DNA of 64,000 nucleotides, from contig OZ037767.1 of NCBI GenBank assembly GCA_964035545.1, forward strand, positions 19,050,628 through 19,114,627, given 5' to 3'. The position numbers and the translations under genes are program-made. Below the pieces are notes generated by a model, which saw only the letters and a program-made list of their open reading frames with translations, ran no database searches and was not told where the DNA came from. Source of the DNA: Bugula neritina (taxonomy: Eukaryota > Animalia > Bryozoa). This document shows positions 1 through 12,400 of this stretch, one piece after another; positions within the stretch are counted from its first letter, which is position 1; the number at the start of each line of letters is the position of its first letter.

Positions 1-201
1 AAAAAGTCAGTTCATCAGCACAAAACAAACCTATTCCCATTGTTTTTTCTCTTGAGTAGGCCTATAATAAAACTCATGTCAAGTCTATTTAGGTTTCAAG
101 AGATAAAATTAAATATTTGTGAGCTTCCATTAAGGTTTTATATATGTGTTGATTTTCTGATAGTAAAGCATTGCAGCTGCAGCAGCTGCTTTTTAACTGA
201 C

Positions 202-3200
202 CTTGAAAATTATCAACTGATGTAACTTTGACCTTCTGATGATCAGAATTTTTTAAATCTTGCATTTTCCGTTTGATTTTTATTTCTTGACCTCTGTACA
301 TTGTTATGATGGTGATTTGAGAGCAATTATAGTCTTGTTTCAGTAAATAGCTTAATGTAAGGTACACAAAATAGATCTTATTTCATACACATCTTTATGA
401 CTATAACACAGGATGAGCAAAGCATATTTATACAAACAACTGTCTAGACTCTAGAATTTAGATTCTGCAATAAAAGACCGACACCTTCAAAGCATCTGCA
501 TAATTCTACAAGGGGAAAAGGGTGGGGGATTATGAAGCAATCGTAAATTAGTAGCGAAAGTATAGCACGTGGTGTGCTGTAATAGCAAATCATACCACAA
601 TAAAATTATTTGTAATGCCAAAACAGTATGGGATTGATGTCACTGTTATTTTACATCAAGCGCTCTGTTTCATGTTAGTAACAAGTTTTGAAACAAAACT
701 CATTGCCTACATATTATACCTTCATCATTCTCACAGAAATAAAAATCATAAACAAATATAAGTTTATTGTCTATAAGATGTGGAAACATTTCACTACCAG
801 ATCAAACCAAAAAATGAAATGTAAATGAGTTATCAGACATCTTGACATTAATAGGTATACTAGGTGAGATAGTGCATTTGACATGTATGGTATTTGATTA
901 CATTTTAGAAGATAGGACATAGCATATAGCGCTACCTAGATAAAGTTACAACCATATGTATTATATGACAAGCCAGTAGAAAGTCACTTAGTTAAAGCTA
1001 AAGATATATTATATGACATGGTATTAACATATGGTTACCTGGCTAAAGCTACCACCATATCTGCTTCAAAAGTGTTAGATTTGCTCATTAATCCCTGTTC
1101 TTCTTCTTCTGGATTTTGATGATTGAAGAAAAACACAGACTTGGCCATTCCTATAATTAATGTGCACACAAATATATTTGTCAATTTACCTACAAGATCA
1201 TTGAGGATTTCCAATAAATTACTGCATTACAATACTTCTATTAAATGATTATGATAGATTAAGATTACAATAAACTATGAGAACAGATATAAAAATAACT
1301 CATGTGCCACATATCTCATTTGGGTTAAAACTTTCTGTGTTCAATAAAATCAACTAGACCCATCATTATAACTTGTACTATTTGCTCCTTATCAATTTGA
1401 TTTGTTACCCTTATAATATATTTGTTCCGTAGTGAAATGGTTTACATTTATAATTATTTATTATTGATTATATCAACTGATCAATGAAGAATGTTCACCT
1501 TTGACAAACTGTCTGTTCTCTACAGAATGGTGGTCATCCAGCCTGTCGTAGATGTGTCTCATATACTTAGACACTTCTGGTCTCATCCTATGCTGTATGT
1601 TGAGAGTTTTAACAGGGAGTCCGTTATTAACCATTCTTTCAAAGAGAGAGAGGTCAAGGTGATACTGCTTAGCAAGGTCATAGACTGTGGGGCTCGGTTT
1701 CAGCTGCTTGTGGTCTCCTGGTATAAAAGAGAACCGCAACAGATTAACTATAACAGTAAAGCTTCTGACATAAAAAATTCTGATAGCCTACTTTTTTTTA
1801 CTCAGATTAGTTTATCAGTATTTTTGATAGATTAGCCAATGGAAACTTTCAAAATAGTTATCTGGTAATTAATATTTGCTATATTTTTTAGCTGGGTACA
1901 ATCTTAGTTTTCTAAAACAAATAGGCGGTTCTGATTTTCTAATATCTTGAACTTTAAATAATTTCCATAGCTATAGATACAAAACTTAATTGCTCAGCAT
2001 ACAACATATATAACTAATTATTACATATACCTTACAAATTATGAATTCAAGGTATGAATGCTGTTCTAGTGAATATAATATACTCAAGTAACAGTTCAGT
2101 CAATCTGTTTAAACATCGACGATATTTAGAAATTCAAAATTTTAGAATACGAAAGTATGAAAACCAAAATCTTCAAAACAGTTGAAGTCGAAAGTAATGT
2201 GTCTGTGTGCAACAGCTGTATATTAGGGTAATTTGTTATTATAGGCAGTATTTTATTATTGCATTTTGGAGTTGTCTTCTTGCGGAGCTAGCATTAATAA
2301 GTAGATAAACCAGCAACATGCAGTTAATAAATGCAGGTAATCAATAATGTTACAACTTTATATTTTTTTTAATGGACTCAGAAAAATTTTAAAATATGAA
2401 AACGTTTCCAACAAAATAACCAGCAAAAATTAGGTATTACAATAAATTAACTGATGAGAATCATAGCTGTTGCAACAAAATAACGAATAATAATGGAATG
2501 TTATAACAGACTAACCAATGAAAATGAGGTGCTACAGCAAACTAACCAATAAGAAGGAGGTGTTAAAACAAACTAACCAATGAGGTGTTGCAATAAATTG
2601 ACCCATGGTAATGAGGTGTTACAATAAACTAGTCAATGAGAATGAGGTGTTACAATAAACTAACCAATGAGAATGAGGTGTTTACAGTGTTTACTCAGAG
2701 CTGTTATTATGTGAGCTTCAAGAACTTCTGCTGCTTCCTCCACCACCACAATCTCTGGTCCAACTTGTTGTAGAACTGACTGCATTCTAGCAGCTCCAGT
2801 AGTTGTCATTCCAATCACTTTGGCTTTCTTTAAAACGTCAACATCCTGCCGATTTCTGCAAAATAATCAGACCATCAAGAGATTATGCATATTTATATAA
2901 TTGTAATACTTCTTTATGTTAGAGTTCAATAAAAAATATGTTTGACCAAAGTCTAATTCATTTGACAAAATTTGAAGCCTTTTCATAACAGCTATTACTT
3001 ATTTGTTTTACCTAAATTTAGTAATTTTGATTTGGCTAAGTGATGAAAAATTAAAACATAGTAATTTATATTAAAAACTATTTAATCCACACACAAAGCG
3101 GTGGTTAAGATAAATCCAATCTGTTATATAGGAATAACTGTAAAAAATGAACATAACTTAATGTGTACAGAGATCATTATATAGAAAGTAGAAAGACATC

Positions 3201-6200
3201 CAGCCTAGCTGTAATAATAATTAACATTTAATCTTTAATTGGCATTTCAGCATTTCCTTAAAACATTTTTTATCAAGCAGTTTTTTTATACATAATAGAG
3301 CAGTGATGGTGGCACATTTTCTTGTTTGTTGCCTGTTTAATGCAATTTCAAACTTTTGGAAGTGGTTTAAAAATTCACCTCGCCAAACAATGTTTAATAA
3401 TTGCAAACCCGCATCAGTCTTGTGTAAAAATTAAATTATAATGCTGTAAAAACAATTTCTATGGCATAAAATAATGAAGCAGAATTATAATATGCTCAAG
3501 TCCAATCAGTTACAAGAACAGTACACAATGTATACTTTATAGAAACATGAGCTCAGCTACCACCATAACTGAGATAGGCTAGGGGCCTTGGCCATTTATC
3601 TACTAATTAAGAAAAACAAGAATTTGGTAAGAAGAGTGCTTTATTCATTAATTTTAAAATTAATTATGCATTTCTTACTTTGTGTTTCGTTCCTGCTCCA
3701 ACAGCTCTTGAAATTCCTGCAAACAGTTTTTCATTTTCCTGTGGGTTTCTTCATAGTAGTACTTATACCAGTACAGGTACAGCCGCCACCTGTAATATTA
3801 GCACATGTATCTATTAGTGTCTCTACAATCACCAACTGTAATAGTAGCACTTTCATTAATACTGCTATAGTCACTGACTGTATTAGTGGCACAGGTACTG
3901 TAGTGCCATTATAGCTTATTGTGCCATCTGCATATTGTGCAACATTTTACATTGCAAAACTCAATTTGATAAAAAGGACAGCAGGTTGCATAATTGTTGC
4001 ACGCTATTGTAGTTTAAGCTTTATTCCAGCAACCTAACACAGCAAGCCATTCTTATGTTTTTTTACTATCACTATACTTAGTTTCTTGTTACAATAAAGC
4101 AAACACAAGTGTTCCCTTCATACTAACAAACTGCAACTGAAATCTTTACATCTATGTGTTTACAGAACTCTAAAAACAACTTACATATATCAACACTTCA
4201 ACAATAGCTACTTTGGTTTAAAGTCTGCTAACTGAGACAAATAGACATACATAACTTGTACCAGAAGCTAGAAATTTGAGTTTATTTGCGGTTTAATCAA
4301 TTTATATTCTCATACAAACATTAAATGACTTCTAATATGACCGTTAAATGTATCATCTTTCAAGTAACTTTTCGAAGTGCTTTTATCTATCAAAGAATGT
4401 ATGTCAACTGCATCTTTGCAAGGTTTAAATTAATGCTCTACACTTTTAGATTGAGAGGTTGCCTTCTATTATCTACATAAATGTTTTATATCTTTCTAGG
4501 CTGTTTTAAATGTTAAAATTGTTTGCATATATTGTAATGAAACTAATAATATATGTTGCAGTTTGTTATTAAAAAAAATTAGTAAGTCTATATAGTCATT
4601 ATCCCTGTAGAAAACCCCTGATAGAAAAGGTTTTTTAAATCTGGCTAAGGAATTATTTATATGTGGTTCTGGAGAAATTATTGCTGGATGTTCTTGCTAA
4701 CATTAACATAATTACCGAGCCAGTGCTCTAACCTCTAACCTCTAACCTCTAACCTCTAACTTTTAGACCATAGCTGCTACTTGTTGCAGTTTAATGATGA
4801 AAGTTAGGAAATATTTTTATTAAAACAATGTGAAAATTATTCATACTATGATAAATTACGCAGTCACATGACCTACCTCTCTTCTACTGACAAGTCATGG
4901 GCAATATCAACAATATTAGAATTACAATCTTCCTCTAGTAATATTACTTTATCTTCGGTCATAGCCTCTTTGTTCAGTATATGCATTATTGAGCTTTCAG
5001 TTTCGAGCAAAACAGTGGTGTCTGTAACATTTGTTTATATCATTTATGAAAAAACGATTTTAAGAACATATAAGAAACTAAAATGAATTATAAAAAATGA
5101 ACAGTCAGTTGAAAGCTGAATGCGTCTTTAACAACACATTGCCTAATGTCTTGTGTAATAATATATAAACTTTTATACCATTCTATTTAGCTGCACAAGT
5201 AAAATAAAAAAAAAAGAAACGAAGGCTAAACTGGAGCAAGAAATGGACAAAGCACTGAGAGACCTTAACAACTTTGAAGAGCTATATGTGGAAACACAGT
5301 GGAAAAGTCTCAAAAAGTTAGTTTACAAAACAGCAGAAAAAGTATGTGAAAAGCAGCTAATCGTAAACATCAAGACTGGTTTGATGAAACAGATGAACAG
5401 CTAGCGATTCTACTAGAACAACGGAACAGTGCACAAAATAATATGCTAAAAACAAACACACGATCAAACAAAAACAAATATACAGCAGCAAAGAACGAGG
5501 TGCAGAAATACACGAGGAAGTTGAAATCAGACTGGTGGGAGGCAAAGGCTGAAAGTTTACAACAGGCAGCAGATATCAATGATATGAAATCATTTTATGG
5601 AGGACTACGGGAAGTATACGGACTAGATAGAAATACAGTACTGCAGGAGAAGTCAGAAATCCTCAACAGATTTGCTGACCATTCTGCTCAACTCCTGAAT
5701 ATACCTGGTACTCTGGATGTAAGGGCTGCAATGGATATTGAAACAAGACCGGAGGTACACTGTCTCTCTGAGCCCCCAGAAGTAAGGGAAGTGATAGATG
5801 CAATTGACTATATAAGATAAGGTAAAGCACCTGAGAAGTGTGGAATTCCATCAGAAATATGGAAACATGGAGGAACAGAAATTTTGTCTAAACTGCACCA
5901 GCTGATCTTTTTCTGTTTGGAAGGAGGAAAAGGTACCTCAAGACTGGAAAGATGCTAGCATCATCCCGATATTCAAGAAAGGCAGCTGAAGAGATTATGG
6001 AAACTACAGAGGAATATCCTTGCTCTCTATTGCTGGAAAGATACTCTCACAAATTCTGCTGAACAGGATCAACATGCATGTTGCTCCAGTTGTGCTACCA
6101 GAATCTCAATGTGGCTTCAGGAGTGGTAGAGGTACCATGGACATGATCTTCTGTTTGAGACAAACACAGGAAAAATGTATAAAGCAAAACATGCCAATTT

Positions 6201-9200
6201 ATGCTGTTTTCATTGACTTCATTAAGGCCTTTGACACTGTATCAAGAGATGGCCTCTGGCAAGTTCTCATTAAGTGTGGATGCCCTGCCAAATTTGTGAA
6301 CATTGTCAAATCTCTACCTAGTGGTATGCAAGCTCTTCTGTGGCATATGGAAATGATCATTCTAAAGAGTTTGCAGTGACAAACGGTGTTAAACAAGGGT
6401 GTGTTCTTGCACCTACCCTCTTTTCTCTCTATCTGTCAGTCATGCTAGAGGTTGCGTTTAAGGACTGCTCAAATGGAGTATCTATCCAAACAAGACAAAA
6501 TGCAGACCTCTTTAATATAGCTCATTTTAAAGCAAACACAAAAACATCTCAGAAGATCGTAAAAGAAATGCTATTTGCTGACGACAGTGCTCTGGTAGCT
6601 CATGATGCGCAGAGTATACAGCGGCTAGTAGATAGATTCTCTTTGGCTGCTAAACAGTTCAGCTTAAAGATAAATATAAAAAAGACAGAGTGCCTATACC
6701 AACCAGTTAAAAACCAACATGTAGTGCAGCCTCCTGGTGATATTATAATATATAATGAAGCTCTAGTGCAAACAAAAAAATTTCATATATATCTTGGCAG
6801 CACAATATCTGATGATGCCAGGCTGGACGGCGAACTGATCTCCAGGACGGGAAAAGCTATAGTGCAGCCTATGGGAAGCTGAGAGAGAGACTGTGGGACA
6901 ACCACCATGTGTCCCTTCAAGTAAAATGCCAAGCATACAAAGCGATAGTTTTATCCACCTTGCTGTATGGGGCCGAAACATGAACAGTTTATAGAACACA
7001 GGTCAAGAAGCTAAATTTATATATGACGAGGCATTTGAGAGAAATTATGAAGCTAACTTGGAAAGATAAAGTTTCAAATCACGAAATATATAAAAGAAGT
7101 GGTTTAGCTCCAATGGCAGATATGCTCATTGAGCCTAATCTGAGATGGACTGGTCACATTCACAGAATGGATAAAGAGAGACTAACCTAGGCAGCTGTTC
7201 TACTCACAACTGAGTTCAGGGAAAAGGAATTAGGGCCGTCCTCGTCTCAGATTTAAAGATGTAGTGAAAAGAAACTTAAACTGGAGAGGAATTAGACAAG
7301 ATACTTGGCAGGCTGCAGCTAACCGTGGACCTATATCTGGAAAGCTATGATTTATAGACCTAAACCTAGAACAGTCATCGTCGACTCGACGCTAGCTGCA
7401 TGTTTTAAATAAAGGTACACTTTGTCTTTCTAGTAAAAACATGATGAAAAAAGTTGGCAATCTTGAAATAACATTGTTTCCCTTTTTTACAGTACTGTAT
7501 ATTCATTTGCTATAGTCTTCAAAGAAAAGATAAAACTTTACAATCAAAATTTTAAAATCAAAGTTTACACTGCAGCTTTAAGCAGAATAAAATAGCTATA
7601 CATTAAGGTTATGTGATTCATCACTATAGAACAGAAATAATTTTTATGATATAGACCAACATAATATATAGACTACGTTTTACAGGACAGAAAAATATTT
7701 TTTATAGCAGTTTCTTATACTTAAGTTCTAAAATCCTTAAAATTGTGAAGTTAAGGCATCAGCATAGAATGATGATGCCTTAACTTATGATAATATGATA
7801 ATTAAAAACATTCCATGCACATTTTTTCAGGTATAAAGTGTACAAAGACTGTTGACAATAATTGACATCAAAAGGAAGAAATTGTTACACATGTGCATGA
7901 GATGAAAATAGAAAATGTGGGAATGCATCCAATACCTTTGTCAAAGTCCTCATCATTCAACCCATCAATGAGTCTACTCTCTTCTTCCTCACCAATATCA
8001 TCATCTTCAAATAATGAGTCTAAAAGATTTTGAGCAAACAGTAACAATGAAAAGATTAATATAGTAATAATATAACAGCGGTGCTGATCAATGAGTAAAT
8101 CATATTAATAAATATAATACACGTCAACGATTGTTCACATAAATATAAAAATAAAATAAAATAGTTAAAAGGGATTAACAGAAAGTAATTTCTTAAGGCA
8201 AAAATCAATTTATTTTTAGCACTCTATGACAAGCATTCAAATAAAATTTACAATTATAACATGTCTTGCAAAATTTTCAATTAAGTTTAGTAATTTATTT
8301 TTTCTCTATCTGACTTCACTTGTAGTTTTCCAAACCAACTTTTCTTGCTTCTACGTAAAATTGTAGTAATAATTTTACTTTGCTCTGTAAAATATTACAA
8401 ATTCAACTTAATTTATTTTGTTTTACCAGCAGCAGAATTGGATTGGGAAAAGTTAAAAAGAGTATGCTTATTCTGAAAATTTCTTAGTCTGCTCTTTCCC
8501 TCTTCTTTATCTAAAATCATAATTTTGTCTTTCAATCTAAGTAAAATACTTCCTACTGCAATAAAATGCAATTAATATTTTTTTTTAAATTTTCGCTTTT
8601 TAGAGCTTTGCTTTGCTTTAAATTTAAGTTTACTTTTACATAAACTTTGAACTAGTTATTTTGTTAAAAAAATATTGTAAATTGTCAGCTAGTATCAACA
8701 TTTGTAAACTAGCAGCTTATATGGTTAAATTTAAATTGAATTAAATTGTTTAATGTTATGTAGCCAAACCATTCTATTTTTATATTTGCCTGCCTGTTTG
8801 TAACCAATTCTGAATTTTTTGTTCTTCAAAAAGATTCATGTTATCTTTAAACAGATCTCTTAGCTGACGAGCAAATACAAACTGTTCTGGGGGAATCAGA
8901 ACAGCCACTTCAGTCATTAACTCATGTTTTTGCATCTTTTCACATCTTACAGCCAGCTCTTCATATCTTGCCTAGAATTACAGGGTTTTATGACAAATTT
9001 GATTTAATGCCAATGTGTGAGCTTGTTGCAGATTTAAAATTTGAAAAGTAACTGTCAATCAACAGAAATAAACAGCTTGCTCAGTAAATTACCATTATGT
9101 TGCAACAAAATATTGGGTTTAGCATTAAAATATATTATTATATGTAGATGAAGTGCTTATATAATTTATTGTTGAAGTTATCTGCTCTTTGTTTATATAC

Positions 9201-9336
9201 CCTTATGCAAACTACTGCCCGCTAATAAATGAAATTCAATTTTATTCTTTATTTGACTTTGTTGTTTTTTATTTATCTAACTTTTTACCTGGCAGCAGAA
9301 AAGTTCTAGAAATTAGACAGCCCACCTAATAAAACA

Positions 9337-9430
<94 letters not shown>

Positions 9431-12400
9431 GCAGTCTAAGTAGTTTAATGCCATTAAGTTTTTTTTTACATGATAAAAGCTGTCATACCTGAATGCTTTT
9501 TTTCTGCGAGTAAATTCTGCCAATTTCAGACTTCCAAAACTCTTTGCCAGTCAAGTGTGGCCTTTTTGAGGGAAGATTACATTTCTTTAGCTTTTCACTT
9601 TTACTTCTCGAGCCAACTCGCACAACATCTAAACACATATTAACTCTTTTTACGGTTAAAGACATTCATTTAAGTTCTCTAAATATGCAAATGTCCAGAT
9701 TTTACTGTAAAAAGTAATCGGATACTGAAGACATGCGTTAATTTACTTTTTGATCAAAATCGCTGCTAAATTAACATACCGGATGATTCACAAAACACAA
9801 GAATTCCTTCCAAGAACTGATCCAATGCATGGTTGGTGTAGCATACAATTAATAATGGCCTGTTCATTCTGTTAGGCAGTTCGTTGACAAAGTAGTGAAA
9901 TGGGTCGTCCGATTTAGTAGCAGTCATACTGCGTCTGAGTGAGAGTTTGAATGATGAACTAAATAAGTTTTCAATAAGCGTCTCCACAATCCGCAAACCA
10001 ACATAAGTCTTACCAGTGCCTGGAGGACCTGCAAATAAAATATTTATTAAAACAAGCTTTTTTCAATGCATTACCATCAACCACATACAAAATTGACGGA
10101 AATCGCTAAATGCAGCCCAAAGTTTAGAGTCACTGAGTGCAGTATTTGTAGTCACATCACTGTTCAAACTCCAAATCTAAACTCGATATAGTAGATGCAC
10201 CCATTCACACAAACCACTCTGCTCAATGACCCCATACAGGGTGCTGCATCAGCGATTTTCAAAATTTGCAAGCTTGATAAATCATCTGAGACCAATTTAT
10301 TGTGATAATTATATTGATAAGTATGTGAAGGTTTAGGTGTCAATATTAAGAATCTCAATATTATATTATATAGTTATGAAAATAATATAAATAAAAAAAG
10401 GTTATATTTAATTTTACTGTGAAAGTGTTGGCCTAGTATATTACTCTAATTATACTGCATATAATATTAAAATTACCTGAATACTTTTTAGAATGTACTA
10501 AAACTAAGGAATAATGTGTCAGATGTGAACTAAACACCGCGTGACAACATGCTGTATAATGAAAAGTACTAATTTATGCCCAAGAATTTTTTGAACAACC
10601 ATTTATTTTTATCAATTACTTTCTGTCAGGCTTAAAACATTTTGATAGTTAAAACTATGGAAAGTGGAATTTTAAAAGAGTAGGTACTTTGCAGAAATTT
10701 TTCTTGCCTAAAATTATCAGCAGCAGCTAGTCAACACAGCAATATTACGTGTGAGCACAAAGTAGTGTTATGTGCAGATCACACAAATAATTTTCAATAT
10801 ATGAAATAAAATAATATGATATCAATTAAGCTACGAAATCCAAGTTGCATTGCTGTCACTATTGCCTCATTACTAACACAATAAAATTAAACTGACAAAT
10901 AATTTCACTGACATAATTATATTCAAACAAATCTAGCAATAAAATATGATTAAATTTGTTAACATGAAAATTCAGATTAATTAATATAATAATTAAAGTT
11001 CTAATTGATATTCTCTTATTTTGTAATATTAAATAATATTTGTCCCAGTAGTTTTTCTGAAAAATTATATCCAATATATTGATAGATAAAGTTTCTTATG
11101 GTACAAATCTTTCTAAACTATAGCTGTGTTTGATCTGAGGAAACACCGTATACCTTGTATCACAACAAACTCTTTGGTGAGAGCAGTTTTGTACGCCTCA
11201 TACTTTGAATGGTTAAATTCCATTTCCTCTGCTGGTGGCCAATCCTCAAAGTCTTGTAGAGGTACCGGAGATGTGAGACTATTTCCTGTGGGAAGTTCAT
11301 AAGTAACTCCTGGCTCCAAATACATTGGTGAAACTATGTCTGTAGAACATCTAGAAAATCATGCTTTCCTTTAGAAATAGAACTCAACTAAAAGTTTTTT
11401 ACGAAATTTTTTTTCAAAAGTTGTTCAATATGCTTCAATACATTTAGAGCAAAATATTTTGTGCTAATCATGTGAAATCAATGGAGACATTGTATTAGTA
11501 TGCTTAACAGTTGCAGTTGGGTTCAGCAGAATGTAAAACATATGAAATTATTGGGCGAAAATTCAAAATCTAAAATATAAAATAAAAATCTTCAAATTAG
11601 ATGTTTTGGAATTTTGACTAATAATCCTTATACTCTGCGGCTTTAAAATCTATTTAGACCTAAATAATTTCAGTAAAAATGCTCCACAATAATGTAAATA
11701 CAAGTAAGTATAAAATCAGACCTGACAAAATATTTTTGGAATGGTAGTGGGTTGAATGAAGTGAACTGTTGTAACCCTCTAAGGACATGCTGGTAGGCTT
11801 CGTAATAGCTTGCACTTTCTATTACTGTGAAGGGACCTCGTTTGTTCTGTGAGGAATCATAGTGAATTTGGGACTTGGGGAGAAACTTTATTTTTATTGT
11901 TCTACCATTATACCATGGTGTGTTTTTATCTTCTCTTTGGGACACTGTGGCAAATAGGGTGGATTCTGGTAAAAATCTGTCAGTTGAGAGGCAAATCAAG
12001 GAGCCATAGATCAGTTTTTTTGACTTTACCCATATCGAGTTTCTGAAAGCTGGCTGGTGGACAGGCAACCTTGTGAGAAAAAGTAACATTCATTAGTAGT
12101 CATTTTTCCGGTTGAAATAATTTTAGAAAGGAAACTTTAATTATACCAAGGACTGCCTTCATTTTAGATTTTTATACTTAGACTCAACCAAGTTAAAACT
12201 TATGTAACTTAAAAACATTTTCGCAAATATTACAAGAATTAGCCAACTCAACTAGCTAACATGTTTTGTGCACAATTAAGCTTGGTCATTGTAATTCTAC
12301 AAAATGTATATATGTAAAACAACAAAAAAGTTTTGATTTAGTTTAACTTGAATAATGAAATGAAAACCTTAACTGCAGGTTAGTGAGCTTGTTTTACAGA

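Noticed and set aside
2410-2687. ~31-bp repeats as a CRISPR array
   Set aside because: No unique spacers, eukaryotic intron context, unit derives from the host exon junction.
4726-4760. (CTCTAAC)n as interstitial telomeric repeat
   Set aside because: Heptamer, only about five copies, not TTAGGG or TTAGG.
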